Positions 12,391 to 27,735 of a DNA stretch of 64,000 nt are shown piece by piece. Location of the stretch: assembly GCF_009914755.1 (NCBI RefSeq), contig NC_060930.1; one strand, written 5' to 3'. Positions within the stretch are counted from its first letter, which is position 1; the number at the start of each line of letters is the position of its first letter. The translations under genes and the position numbers were made by a program. The notes beneath the pieces were generated by a model, which saw only the letters and a list, made by a program, of their open reading frames with translations, searched no databases and was not told the DNA's origin. Source of the DNA: the human T2T-CHM13v2.0 reference genome, Homo sapiens.

Positions 12391-13839
12391 GGTGGAGACT
12401 CAGGATATTTTAGTCAGGGTCTGTGGATAAGGCCCATGTTAGGACAGTAAAAAGCTTGAAAAAGAAGCATTTTAGAGAACTTATTGTATAAATGGTTAAC
12501 GAGAAAGCCAGAATGATTTGTGATATCTTAAAGTTTATTTTAAAAGTTTCAGATTCTTTACAAAACAAGCAAAATCTTTACCCGTTGAACTACTTATAGA
12601 TCTACTGGCTATGATTTTACAAAGTTAGGGAAACTGCAAGCTCTCCCTTTGTCCTACTGTTTGATATTTAGCTATTATCCCATCAGTCGAGGTCTCAGTC
12701 TTCTGAACAGTCATCATTTTACACCATTCCCAAATGGATATTCTGATAACAGAACTTACAGCTCTTGCCCACCCAATCTCACCTACCAAGAATAGAGATT
12801 ATAGATGATTATACCATATAAGAGGAAGACGCTAGAAATGTCTTCCCTATTTTGTTATTTTTGTTGGATTTTATTCTTCAAATTAAAGTAAGAGAGACTT
12901 GAAGTTCTGGATTATATATAAATTCTCTGCAAGCACTTGCTTGACTAAATGGTATGAACGTACTTATATAGTGTCCTGATGTAATGACTCATACAAATAC
13001 TTTTCATAGCAGAAACATTTACATGTCTTCTTTTGACTCAAATGTTAATGAGGTTTGTTTTTTTTTTTTTTTTTTTTTTTTTTAATCCTCTAGGCTTTTC
13101 CCAGGATGTCATTGTGGAAAGGTGGTTAATGAGAAATCGTTTGAGTCTAAATGCATTTTTACCTTTCATATTATATAGTTGGTAGGGTAACCAAACTTAA
13201 CCAGCTAAATTGACCCCTAATTGCCCACCTACCTATTCTTCCCAGCTCATGAAAATCTCTGAAATGACATGGCAAGGTCAGAGGAAAGCAACTGATGAAT
13301 GCTGGTCCTTGGTGAACTGCAAACTCTGTTCCTACATCCAGGAAATCTCTGCTGAAATCTCTGCTCAGCTCTCATTTGGCCTCCTAGCTACAGCTTTCTG
13401 CTGCTGCTTTTTATAAAATTCCTGGAGACCCTCCCTGCACATGCAGGATTTAGGAGTCAGCCAACAATTTAAGAAGACTTGGTAGAGAGATTTTGACATT
13501 CCTTCCACCTGGCTCTTCTTTGAGACTACCTTCCATTTCCAACTCTTCTAGCAGCCCTAAACTCTGACCTCTGTTTCCTTAAACCAGTAAAATTGTGCCT
13601 TTCTACTTGGATTCTCTCCCCTGGCACCCCAAAGAATTACAGAGCTTAGTTTTCACGGATCAGGCCTCTTCCAGTTTCTGCTTGCTTTGGTTGCTCAGCG
13701 GTGCTTTTAGTCAATTATTTGTTTATATTTTGTCTAGTTTCTATAGTTGTTATCAGAGGAGAATTAGTCCAATACAAGCTACTCTGCTATGCTCAGGCCT
13801 GCAAATCTCAAATTACTATAATTAATAAGAGAATATTAG

Positions 13840-15100
13840 AAATGTGCTGGTTAAAAATTGAATGTACAACATTAACTGTTTCTATATGCCTAGAAAAAGT
13901 AGTTAGACAATGTAATTTTAATTTACATTTACAGCTTAGTACAAGGATATAAAGTACAGAATAATATTCCTAAAAATACATGTAATACTCTTATAGATAA
14001 AATTATAAAACTTATTGAATAAACAGTTTTGAAAAACTTTGAAGAAAACCTTAATAAAGACAGATATATCCTGCTCTTGGATAGACTTGTTATAAAGAAG
14101 ATATTCATTCCTCCTATAGGGAGGAAATGGGCAAAAGATTGAAAAGACATGTCATATCAAAGGAAATAGAAGATGGCCCCTAAACATTTGGGAAGATGCT
14201 GTAACTGAAAATCTCAGGAATGCAAAATTAAGTTCTTAGGAGATATTATTTCATATTTACCAAATTGGCAGAAATTTGAAAGTTAGATAATATTTTGTGG
14301 AGTATTATGAAGAAACAAGAAGGTTTGTCAACTGCTTTTTTTTTTTTTTCTTGAGACGGAGTTTTGCTCTTGTCGCCCAGGCTGAACTGCAGTGGTGTGA
14401 TCTTGGCTCACTGCAACCTACACCTCCTGGGTTCAAGCAATTCTCCTGCCTCAACCTCCTGAGCTGCTGGGATTACAGGCATGTGCCACCACGCCCGACT
14501 AATTTTGTATTTTTTTTTTAGGAGAGACCGGGGTTTCTCCATATCGGTCAGGCTGGTCTCGTATCCCAACCTCAGGTGATCCTCCCACTTTGGCCTCCTA
14601 AAGAGCTGGGATTACAGGCGTGAGACACCGCACCCGGCCTATCATCTGCTTTTAGGAGTGTAAATTGGTCCAATTTCCTTAGAAACTATTGTCATCACCT
14701 ATTTTACAATTCAGTAAGTTTACTCCTAGATATTTACCTAAAGAAACATTTACATGTATCTGTATAAAAATATTTATAAGAATATGTTAAAAAAAACAAA
14801 AATGAAACACTGGAAGCAACTGAAATGTCTACCAAGAGGGGAAAGGATAAGTACATTGTATTATATTCACACATTAGAGTACAATACCACAGGCAAAATG
14901 AATAAAATAGAGCTATATCTCAAAATGGAGGAAACTTGAAAATCTAAGTTTGAAAGAAGGAAGCACAAGTATCCAATTTGTTCCCATTTGCAAAAAGTTC
15001 AGGCAACATACAATAATATGCTGCTTGGGGAATACCTATGTAGGTGGGTCTAGTGAGAAAGAAAAGAAAGAGAATAAGATAAATTTCTGAATGGTCAAAA
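13840..15100 (+). mobile_element. Old L1M fragment (ORF2 end/3' UTR) split by an Alu
   Basis: aaatgggcaaaagattgaaaagac..., ctcctagatatttacctaaaga..., ggaagcaactgaaatgtcta. Confidence 0.6.
14336..14639 (-). mobile_element. AluS (AluSp-like)
   Basis: Full dimer; gtttctccat..ggtcagg and ttttgctcttg diagnostics; degenerate TSD tgtcaactgctttt/tatcatctgctttt. Confidence 0.93.
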
Positions 15101-15584
15101 AAACACCAGCATCAAGTAGAAAAGTCTGTTATAGTATGAACGAAATCACAGAGAATTTACCACAAGTTTACCTGGTATCTCCAGTACCTAGAAATATTTG
15201 CCTTTTTCAATTATTATAAACTAATCTATGCATGATCAAGATAAGTGGATTTTGTTAGTTAAAGCATTAAGTTATCAAAGTGAACTTTGGATCTTATGTT
15301 AGTTATGACAATATTTGAGAATTCAGTTATGTTCCTTAACTTTTAATATAAATGACTTTGTGTTTTGAATTGTTGTGGGGCATGTAAAATTGTTGTTAAA
15401 TTACTGTGAAATTTTAAAAAGAAAAAAAAATTCGGAGTGGTCATTTCCTCTGGATAGATGAAGAGGAATGCGAGTGTGTAGAGAAACAGAAGGGATCTCA
15501 GAGGTGTGGTGCTGTCATATCTTCTTTCGTGCCCTGAAGATGGGAACATGGGTACTCTCTGATCATTCTTTAAATTGTGCATTA

Positions 15585-15948
<364 letters not shown>

Positions 15949-16208
15949 TTATATTTCACCAAGTAGAATTTTTAACTGCTTTCTGGAGTTGCTGCGGGAA
16001 GATCAAAGTGTCTACGCAAAAGTGGCCTGGTGATAGGGTGGGGCCCAGAGCCCAGTGCTGGTGGAGACAAAAGTGCAAGGTACAGCATTGCAAGGTCAGC
16101 AGCCGTAGACTCGGATCCTCGGCAAACGCAGGTGTGATCTTGGGACTAGCTCTAGGCTGAAGAGCTCACATCTAATTCTCCAGCACTATGAGCCAGCTAG
16201 TCTTGTAA

Positions 16209-16227
16209 TGGCGCCCTCTACTGCTTA
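16209..16227 (-). promoter_or_regulatory. Candidate CTCF site
   Basis: Reverse complement GCAGTAGAGGGCGCCA fits core CCASYAGRKGGCRC at all but the first position. Confidence 0.65.
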
Positions 16228-16669
16228 CATTTGCAAGAGACTGTTCCTGTTGCTTGCTACCTAAAATCCTGACAGGTGTATTGCTTTTGTAGTGTCTGTG
16301 GGAATAGGTGAGGATATCCAATAAGGACACTTGAAATATGAGTTTGAAATTTAGGAATGATGTCTGACATGCGATATAGCTGTTACCAATATACAGTCAT
16401 TTGTGAACACAGCTAAGTTCACCAGGGAGGGTGTGAAACTCAAAGAGTATGAACCTCAAAGCTTACCCACTACAACATCCAAGGGGGATCCAACTCCTCA
16501 CTTACCAATATCTGTGCTTAGATGGTGTTGGGACAATCTTGGTATCCACAGGTCCCACTCCTCTAGAAGCCAGTATCACAGTCAGCACTTTAGAACTGTC
16601 AGTAACACCGAGGTTATACAAGTAACTACTCACTAATTGTTTGTTTTTTGTTTTGTTTTGTTTTTCACT

Positions 16670-17060
16670 TTTAAAGACTTTCTTTTTTACAGAAGTTTTA
16701 GGTTCACAGCAAAATTTGGAGGAAGATATATTCCCCATAAGCCACTTGCCCCCACACAGGCATAGCCTCCTCCATTATCCACATCCCCCACCAAAGTTTG
16801 CTACAGTTGATGCATCTACAATGACACATCATTATCATCCTAAGTCCATAGAGTCCCTTAGGGTTCACTTTTGGTGTTGTACATTCTATGAGTTTGGAAA
16901 AATGTATAATGATATCAATCCTTCTTTATAGTGCCATATGGAGTATTTTCACTGCCCTAAAAATCTTCTGTGTTCCAGCCACTCATCCCTCCCACAACCC
17001 CGGCTCCACCCACTACCTTCACCACCCCCTGCCCCCGCATCTAACCCCTGGCAATTTTTA
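16670..17060 (-). mobile_element. L1MC1/2-like 3' end
   Basis: ttttaggttcacagcaaaatt...tagggttcacttttggtgttgtacattctatg...cactgccctaaaaatc. Confidence 0.8.
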
Positions 17061-17954
17061 AACTTTTTTTATTGCATTATCTCGACACAGCCAAGGAGAT
17101 TATTTTATGAGAATATTAATGAAAATTTCCCCAAGAGTAACCCCATATTCTTAGAAAATATCTGACCATCATTCTGCATGATTAACCTACATTCTGGTCT
17201 CAGAAGCATGACTAAGAAGGAGTTTAAAAAACAGATTGGTGGGGCAGTAATTATGCAGTTGATAACACAAGGCTCTACCCTGTGTACATAAATCTTTCAC
17301 AGGAGGAAAAATATTTAAAATGTAAGAATTAAAAAGCAAAAACATTTGGCTATAAAAAGGGATTCAGTAATTACAATGAACATCTCATTAAACATAGTCT
17401 TTATTTACAAGAAGGCTGGGAGAGCTCTAATTAACTCATAAGCTGTCCCTATGAATCATTAGCTGTGGCAGGAAAATTCTAGGTGATCCATTAAATCTCC
17501 ACACCCACAGCTGTTCAGGGAAAAATATAAGCAAACCCTAACTGCCCTTATTTTGGATGGTTGGTGAATTTTCTTCAGTGACCAACTGGATGACCTTGGC
17601 CACCACACATCATATATTTCTTCTCCCCAGGGGAAACTGAAGTCCTCTTTTTCTATAACCAAGGATAGGATTTTCTCAACACTCAACAAATAGTTTGTCC
17701 ATCTTTGAACAAACTTTTAAACCAACGTGATATAAACAATTTACAAAAGTTTATGGTAGACTTTAGATGCAAATCCTTGAGTTGACCCAGAAACATTCTG
17801 CTGTTTTATTATGTCAGTTTCCTAAGTCTGTGTTTGAATATGATTTTTCACCATGCTATCTATGTGTTTTTGTGTTTGCTGTGTATGAGAAGACATGGTC
17901 TAATTATTAGGGGCCAGGCACTGTGAACCTATGCAGAAAACCACAAAAGTCCAA

Positions 17955-18110
17955 ATCTGCACTATCCAATATGGTAACTACAAGTCTCTTGTAGATTTTG
18001 AGCTCTTGCTGTGAAGCTCTGAATTGAGATGTACTACAAGACTTCAAAGAGCTAGTACAAAAAAAGTAAAATATCTCATGAAAAATTGTATAATATTTTT
18101 GACTACTAGA
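17955..18110. mobile_element. MER33/MER3-like hAT-Charlie fragment
   Basis: ctgcactatccaatatggtaac...gaattgagatgt...aaaatatctcat. Confidence 0.6.
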
Positions 18111-18461
18111 AATATTTAGCTGCTAGAAATTTTTAAATTTCATATATGTGCCTTGCATTTGTAGTATACATAATATTTATATTGAATGGCAGGACAAGTG
18201 GCCACTGTGAGCCCAAAGTACACATGGAATATTTTTGAAAAGAAGCCAGGAGTTCTAGAGCTATAGAATTTCCTATCTGGAAGAGATTTCCAAAAGTAAA
18301 TAGTGTAAAAGTGCTTATATTTGTCCAACATAGCCCTCACTTTCCACCACACACACGTTAACACATGTAAATGTCCATGCATGCAACACTGTGACCAGCA
18401 TAAGCGAAGAGTTGCTATACATTAAGAGTTTGGCATCACTGGAAGAATCTCCTACCTAGTA

Positions 18462-18786
18462 CAGTTCTCTCTCTGTATCCCTGGGTTCCACATCAGCAGA
18501 TTCAACCATGGCAAAATGAAAATATTAGAAAAAAATGAAAAATACAACAATAAAAAAATACAAATTTAAAACTCAATAGAGTATAACAACTATTTACATA
18601 CATAGCGTAGCATTTACTTTTTATTAGGTATTATAAGTAATCTAAAGATGATTTAAAGTATCCAGGAGGATGTGCATAGATTATATGCAAATACTATGCC
18701 ATTTTATATTAGGGACTTGAGCATCTGCAGATTATGGTATCTGCAGGGGTTCTGGAACAAATCCTCCATGGATACCAAGGGACTAT
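18462..18786. mobile_element. Tigger3-like (TcMar-Tigger) DNA transposon
   Basis: cag...gtatccctgggttccacatc...ggtattataagtaatcta...ggataccaagggac terminal inverted ends. Confidence 0.85.
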
Positions 18787-18979
18787 ATTTCTAAATGTTG
18801 GGGATTTAAAGGAAGAATATACCTGAAAGAAGAAACTGAGAGAACAAGCAGGAGAGATCACTGGCTGAATGAATGGAAAAGTGAAGGACATTCCAGAAAA
18901 GGAAAATAAAATGAGCAACAGCTGAGAGGAAAAAATAAACATGGGTCTTTAGGAGAATAGTGACAGTTGGGCTATTAGT

Positions 18980-19300
18980 AACAATAATTAATATCTGAAA
19001 ATAGCTTTTAATTTACATAGATTTCATCACAGGCATTATTTCATTTCATCATGATAGATATCTATTTTTATCATTCCCATTTTACAGATAAAGAATGAGG
19101 CCCAAATTTAAGGAGCTTGCCCAAGATCACACAGTCGGTAGTGCCAGAATTTAGGGGATCAACCATCCTGTCTGCCCTGGGCTGGGGTTTCCAGCACTCA
19201 GGACTTTCAGTGCTAGAAATGAGAACATCCTGGGCAAAGCAGGGAACTTGCTCACTCTACCCTTGAACCCATGTCTTCTGACTCTAAATCCCATTCTCTT
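18980..19300 (-). mobile_element. MIR interrupted by MER81
   Basis: cccattttacagataaaga...ttgcccaagatcacacag, resuming ttgaacccatgtcttctgactc. Confidence 0.7.
19152..19259. mobile_element. MER81 (hAT-Blackjack MITE)
   Basis: taggggatcaacc...ggactttcagtgcta...cctgggcaaa...gctcactcta. Confidence 0.7.
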
Positions 19301-19304
19301 TGCA

Positions 19305-19575
19305 TTGATAATAATGACAAACATCTATTGAATACTTTAGGTGTACCACGAACTTTGTAATAAGAACTTCACATAATTATCTTTTTAATCTACAAAACAA
19401 CTTTATAAATTGAGTATTGATTTTGCACTTCCTCCTCCTACCACCCCACATAGTCCAGATATAAAAAAATTAAGTCTCCCAGATCATTGATAACTTACCC
19501 AATGTCACACAGCTGGTAATGTCTGGATTTTAACTCAGGCCATTCCAGTCCAGGGCCTGTGCTGCTAACCACCAT
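19305..19575 (-). mobile_element. MIR
   Basis: taacttacccaatgtcacacagctggtaa...ggatttaactcagg. Confidence 0.7.
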
Positions 19576-20659
19576 GAAAGATGCCCAGCCTGGTGCTGCC
19601 ACCTCACCTGCTTGCTAAGGCCCAGGGTTCCTGCTGGACCTTTTGACCCACTCCTTTATTTTTTCATCATGTTAGTATGAAAACATAGCTTGACTGGAAT
19701 CCAGCGTCCACTACTGCGGTCACTCTTTAGTGCATAACACCTATGCCTCCTGGCTTTGATCTTGCCAGTCTTCCATTTGAAATGACCTCTCATATTAACA
19801 TCCTACCAATGCCTGTCCCACCTTTTAGTAGGTACCTTGATTCAAAAAGAGTTCTTAAAAAGTAAAAGAAAAAAAGTTTCCTTTTCATTTAACATGTACT
19901 GGCAAGAGTTGCCAGATAATTTGTCTTTAAAATTAAAACAATTATGCTTTCTTTAATAAAACCCTAGTTTTTTGTTATCACCTTTGATGTAATTTTTAAA
20001 AAGCTGTTCTTTGAAAGAATATGCATTATTTTTATATGGCAGAACTTTACACCATTTGAAGCACCAGAACAGATATAAAATGTTACTTCATGTTATCATT
20101 CCCAGTATGAGAATGATGAGCTTGTCATTTTCCTAAGACCGTAAATTCCTGAGTAAAAACAACTATGCCACTTTTTTTCTGTAACCCACACATCACTGAC
20201 ATAGTGATTGACATATGTTTTCCAGAAATGAATTGAGTGGAGTATAGCGTTGAGTGAGTGTGAGATCTCACTGGCCTCACTGGCACAGGGTTGAAGCCAG
20301 AGGATTTTGAGTTTCTTATTGTCTGTGGCTTTAAGCCTTGTCACTTCTTCCTCCTCATGCCTCAACCTTCCACAGGCATGTATTCTAAACAGTGTTGATA
20401 TGTAGTTGCCACTTCAGAAAGAGAAACTGATGTTGGATATTTAAATTATTTACCTTTTCATTGACATATAATTTATATACATTAACATTTGTCCTTTTAA
20501 ATTCCTTGAGTTTTGACAAGCATATACAACTGCATATAGAACACAAGCAGAATCTAGAACATTTCTATCACTTTAGAAAGTTCCCTGTGCTCATTTTTTG
20601 TCGACCCCTGCCCCACCCCACTTCCCAGCACTGACGTGAACTGCTTTCTGTCCCTATAG

Positions 20660-21038
<379 letters not shown>

Positions 21039-21063
21039 TATAATGCTTTTAAGACTCATTCCT

Positions 21064-21354
<291 letters not shown>

Positions 21355-22590
21355 GGATTTATTCCTATTGTTGCATTCATCAGTATTCTTTTTCATTGCT
21401 GATTATTATTCTAATGTGTGTATACCAAAATTTAACTGCCTATTCCCCAGTTGACGGACATTTGGAGTTTTGTCTGTCACATATAAAGTGGCCAAAACAG
21501 CACGTAGGTCTTCGTGTGGATGTATGTTTTCACTTCTCTTGAATAAATTCTTCGGAGTGGAATTGCTGGGTCAGAGGGTGGGTGTATGTTTACCTTTATA
21601 TAAAACTGCCAAATTGTTTTTCAAACTCCTTGTAAGACTTTGCATTCTTGCCAGCAACATATGACACTTCCAGATAATCCACATCTTTGCCAGTATTTGA
21701 TGTTGTCAATCTTTTTAATTTTAGCTATTCCTGTAGGCAAGTCTAATAGGTGTATCTCATTGTGGGTTTAATTTGCATTTTCTTGCAAATACCTTTAATA
21801 GACCTTTTGGGGGGTATAATTCGTATACTGTACAATGTTCTCATGTGTCAAAGTTGGTTTAGTTTTGGCAAGTGCGCACCCCTTATGTAACACACACCAC
21901 GTCCAGGTATAGACCCATGCCAGGCCCCCGGAAATCGCTCTATGCTCTGTCCAGTCAATTTCCTCCATCACAACCAACCACTGTCAACGATTTTTTCCAC
22001 CATAGATTAGTTTCACCTGTTGAAGAACTTCATCCATGTAGAATTATACGGAATGTGCGTCTGTCTGTGGGCTGGCTCCTTTTCTCAGCCTGATATAGTC
22101 TGATGGTCATCTGAGCTGCAGTCTGGTACTGCTGTGCATTACCTTTCTTTGCTAAGGAGCTTCCCTTTGGATGGATGAACCACAATTTGTTTAGCCATTC
22201 TCCTGTTGATAGGCACTTAGTTGTTCTCAGTTTTTGTCTACTATGAATAAAGCTACTATAAACATTTTTGTGCAAGGATTTTTGTGAAGGCATGTTTTAT
22301 TTCTCTTGAATAAGTAGCTGGGGCAGAACTACACAGTCATAAAGTAGGTAAATTTTATCTTTATAAAAGGTCACCAAGCTGTTTTTCCCAGTGACTTTCC
22401 CATTTTGCATTTCCACCCACAATGCATAAGAGTTTCAGTTGCTCCACGTGCTGCCACAGTTTCTTCTGTTTTGTTGTTGTTGTTGTTGTGTTAAGTTTAG
22501 CCATTCTAATGGGTGTGTGGTGGTTTTAATTTATATTTTTCTGATGAGTAATCATGTGCTTATTGCCCATTTGTATTTATTCCTTTGTGA

Positions 22591-22941
<351 letters not shown>

Positions 22942-25899
22942 TGTTTTGCCCTTTTTTATTGGGTTATCTGTTTATTACTAACTGTAGTTAATTGACTGGC
23001 TTGTAGTTTTAAAAAATATATTCTACATACAATTTCATTGTCAGATATATATTCAGAATGTTTTCTTCCTATCCATGGCTTGAGAGAAGTATAATATATC
23101 TTCATGGTTTATAATATATTTTTAATATAATTTATAATACATATTTAATGTAATTCATATCTTATAAAGTATCTGATGAACGGATGTTTTAATTTGGCAG
23201 TTGAATTTATCAAAAAATACTTATAGTTCATCCTTTCTGTGTTCTATGTAAGAAATCTTTGCTTAACCCAAGGTTGCAAAGATAATCTATGTTTCCTTCT
23301 TTGTAGTTTTCACTTAATTTAGGTCTACAATACATAAAATTTTGTGTGTGTGCATGGTAAAGTAATACTACATTATTACGATGATTGCAGCTTTATAGCA
23401 GGTTGTAAAATCAAACAGTTTCCAACATTAGGTTTCCTTTCAAGATGGTTTTGGCTATTGTAAGTCCTTTGCATTTCCATGTGCATCTTAAAATTAATTT
23501 GTAGATTTTTACAAAAAGTCTGCAGGGATTTTTTTCAACCTTTTCTTATTCTTTGTTTGCATAGGTTATTTTTTTTTCCAAATTTTCCACGTCACTTATT
23601 TTTTTCTTCTGCAGCGTCACGTCTGCTGTTAAGCCCTACCCAATGAATTTTTAACGTAGGATATTATATTTTTTAATTCTAAAAGTTTCATGTGGTTGTG
23701 TTTTACAGTTTCCAGTTTTCTACTAAGATTTGTTATCTGTTTACCCATTATATTTCTTTGGAATCCTTAAATGTGCTGTTAATAGCTATTTTAAAGGCTT
23801 CATCTGCTAATTTCAACATTGTCATTTCAAGTCTGCCTCTATTGATTTGTTGTTGTTTTTTTTTTATTGTTGTTGTTGTTAGTTAAATTTTTCATTTCCT
23901 TTGCACATCCAGTAAAATTTTTTGATATGCTGGATACCGTGAATCCTAACTGGAGAATCTGGATTTTGTTGTCTTCCTTTAATAATTGTTGGATTTTGCC
24001 CTGGTAGGAAGTTAATTTACTTATGAATCAGTTGCTTCCTTTAAGGCCTGTGAATAAGCTTTGCCAGGACATAGTCTGCAGGGCTAAAGTGGCCTCCCTC
24101 TTAAAGTATGGTGATTGGAGATCTCAGCTGCATGCCCAAGGTGTCGGTGAGCCCGCTCTCCTTTGGTTGGCCAGAACTCTTGTGACTCCCAGCTCTTTGT
24201 GGCCCTGGCATCTTCATTTCACTCACAGCTCCCCAATAGAGCTACATTGTTGTACCTTGTAGTTTTTCCCTGGACATGAACGAGGAGGTTAATATTTGTC
24301 CAAGTCTTAAAAGAACCTTTATGCAGATTTCTGGTCTTTCTTCTCTATGCAGTTTCTAGTTCTCTTCTCTCTGGGTGGCTGGTTCAAAATTCTAGCCTCA
24401 AACTCAAAGTGTGTTCCTCCTCAGGTCAGCAAGATCCCTGGGTTCTGCTTTGGCTCCTCCTCCCTGTGCCTAGACAGAGAGCTGGGGCAACTGGAGGGCT
24501 CTTATCATGGTATTCCTTTCTCCTAGGAACCATAATTCTGCTCTGAATGTTTTCCAACATCTGAAACAGTTGCTTCAAACATTTTGTTCAGTTTTGTAAT
24601 AGTTTATGGCTGGATGAATTCATCATTACTGATTATTTTGTCATGGCTGGGAATGGCAGCTACCCATATCATTATTTATGAATCTAAAAAAAATAAGTAT
24701 ACTAGGCCTAAGACATTTTCTTTATCTTTCACATCTGGTGTCATCTCTGAAACCAGAATTCCAGTTTTGTTTCTGTACCACTACTAGAATATGTGCAGCT
24801 ATGAAGCAGAGTGAAAGTATTTGCAAAAGACAGCGTATCCCCTCCTGTAAGATGAAAGTCCATTAAATAAATTAAATAAATAAATTTTAAATAAATTAAA
24901 AAATATTTGGAATTTCAATTTTATTTAAAGCAAGTTTACTTTTTTATTATAAAAGATAGCTCCTGTGGGTGACTTATGCCACACAGGTGTTTAAGGTGGA
25001 AATACAATATCTTATGGCATTTTAAGGCATTCCATTTATGCGTGGACAGGGATTACTATCAGATTTCTCTCATGTTTGAAATATAGTATCTAACATTTTA
25101 TAATGAACAAAGTGTTTCCGATCAGATTATCACTATAAGTTGGCTAGTATGTTTTCACATGGGAATTGTTTTGTGTTGTGTTTATTTCCTCTGCGGTATT
25201 ATGGGAAATTTTTAAAGCTAACTGCCTTATGTATTCATTTTAAAAACTCCCCAAATTATTATTCCTAATAAAGGGAAATATGAAAGTATCAAAATATTAT
25301 TATATCACTTTTTCAGTTCAACTGAGTATGGGAGTTACTCTCCCGGGTAAATGTGTGTTCAGCTTGTGGAAAGAATCATAAATGTCTTCTCAAAACAAAA
25401 GAACTCCTCTGGCTATAATAGGCAGAGAGAACAAGCCAAGCCAATCTTTCCACTTGTGCTACCGAACGCCTCCTTTTTTGAAAGTTTTCAGTTTCAATGG
25501 AAAAATAAGGGCAGCAGATAATGAACCCTTTATTCATTTTGACCTAACAAGAGGCCTTTTAGGAGGCTTACCTAGGGAACCAGTCTTCCAGATGTTACCA
25601 ACGTGACTCTGTGGCTTATTATGACTTCTTGAAGAACTTTGCTAAGAAAAAAGAAATATCTAAGATACTGCCACCCAATAAAATGTTATGAAAAATTTCT
25701 ACACTTAATCATGTCCTCACTGTGAATCGCTCTATTAGTCCCTACAACCACATATAGATTTTCTCTCAACATGACAGTAGTACATCCCTACTGTGACTAC
25801 ATAATCCTCATTAGATTACTTGTGTCATATTTATTACATAGGTGGTCTTTAGGCAAAGCATACTATATTTTCTTTTTCCTAGTGTTTCAATATGAACTG

Positions 25900-26150
25900 C
25901 ATGGGCAGAAGCAGCACAAAATAGAAGAGAGTTTAAATTCTGATCCTGCCATTTACTAACCAAATGACTTTGAGCAAATTATTTAACCTTTCTATGATTG
26001 ACTTTATATGTTAAAGGGTTGTTAGGATAGTATCTGATCCACGAAGGAGTTGCGAAAATTAAAGGAGTTAATACAGGACAGAACAGTGCCCCTCACATTG
26101 TAAGCACTGAAGAAACTCTGCCTCATCTGTTGTTTTTATTATTATTATCA
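25900..26150 (+). mobile_element. MIR
   Basis: tttaaattctgatcctgccatttactaa...tgactttgagcaaattatttaacc...agaacagtgcc. Confidence 0.75.
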
Positions 26151-27136
26151 TTACTACCACTACTGTTTAGAGAACTCTTTAAAATTAGCTCATTTAGCCT
26201 TCACAAGAAATCTTTAAAGTAAATATTGCTATCCTTATTTTATAAATAAGAAAACCAAACTTAAACCTAGGTCTCCTGACCCTAAAAGGTTATATTCTTG
26301 TCTTAAGTATCCTAGATAATGTTGAAACATTCAGATTTTTTAAAAAGTGATCATGAGCCTTCACTAATTTTAGCTTAGTCATTTTCTTTAATAATTTTAT
26401 AAGAATATTTGTCGTGTCATCCAAAAATTTCATTGGCAAAAGAGAATTCAAGATCATAATGCATTTCTATAAATAGAAAATGTGCCTATATCTGCTTCAT
26501 ATCATTTCCAATTAGAATAGAGAACACATAGATTATAGAATGAGAAAAAGTTTAAATATTTAACACCTAGGTTGGCATATAGCATGTCAAGTCCTCCCCA
26601 TGCTTCTTTTTCCATCTAAATACATGTATCCTAAATTTCTGATCTCTTAGTCTTTTGAGAAGTTATTTCTTTGATCCTAGTTTTCAACATCTAGGTATAC
26701 ATGACCCTCCCCATCAATGTGGGCAGTTTGCTTTTCAAACCATTTGCAGCTCCACCTCCTAAAAGACCAGTCTCTCTGGACTATTTTTGTGTCACCCATA
26801 TGATAGTGAATGTTTTTCCATTCCTAGAGCAAAGTCTCCATGAGTCTAACGATGTTTCAGAAAAAGAGTCACCTAAATGCCAGTAATTACATCAAGTTAT
26901 CAACCCACAGAAAAATAACCACAGCATATGAAGTTCTCTTGGAATCTTTTTAAGAATCAACTTAGCCTGAGTCTGTGATTTAGGTTCCTTTCCACGTCTT
27001 TTAAGAGCTAAGCACAACCTAAGTAGAGGAAAAGTCTTTGAAGTACAAGCTGGTTGACCATTTCCTGCGCAGAGTATCCAATCCCATTGAAAATGTCTTG
27101 GAATTGTCCCTAGCTTCATCAGTAAGTGCTGGGGGA

Positions 27137-27144
27137 TGACGTCA
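27137..27144. promoter_or_regulatory. Full palindromic CRE (ATGACGTCAC context)
   Basis: Exact motif in unique, locally CpG-retaining sequence. Confidence 0.5.
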
Positions 27145-27725
27145 CTGCGGGATTTCAACCGAACTTTATGTTCTGATAAACAATGTGGTGCTGGTAGTGG
27201 CCACTGGTGAATTCTTTTTCTCTTGGGAGGTGCCAGCAAAGTTCCTTATAAATTTTCAAGCTTTGTTAAAAGAATAATAGAGGGTAAGACAGAAAGAGCT
27301 TGGGGGTGGTCAGGCCCCGAGGAGGATCGCCTATTAAAGTCAGTGAGTGTAGACGACAATATTTTGGTTTAGTGCCACACTTCTTTGAGTATAAAATAAG
27401 AAAATAACTGTCGTTTCTTGGATAACAGGCTATTTCCAACTTACCATCACTTGTCTCGTGTGTCAGTCTTCATCCTAACCATGTGGCAGCATGCAGATGA
27501 CAAGGGTTATCTTGAATTTAATCCTTTTCTTAGATGGACAGATATATTCAGGAGGCTGTAGAGTTCAAAAGTGGTGGTAAAAGCCCTTCCAGTGGCAACA
27601 ATAACGATGAAAGAACCCAACAGGCAGTTTTGTAAGCTTTACCCTGAACAAAAGCCAAGAGAACATTGCTTGTAACCAAACAAGGAATAAAAATAATACT
27701 AGAGTTTCTACAGAAATCAGTGCAT

Positions 27726-27735
27726 GGAAATTCCC
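27726..27735 (-). promoter_or_regulatory. Consensus NF-kB site (GGGAATTTCC)
   Basis: GGAAATTCCC on the + strand. Confidence 0.35.
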
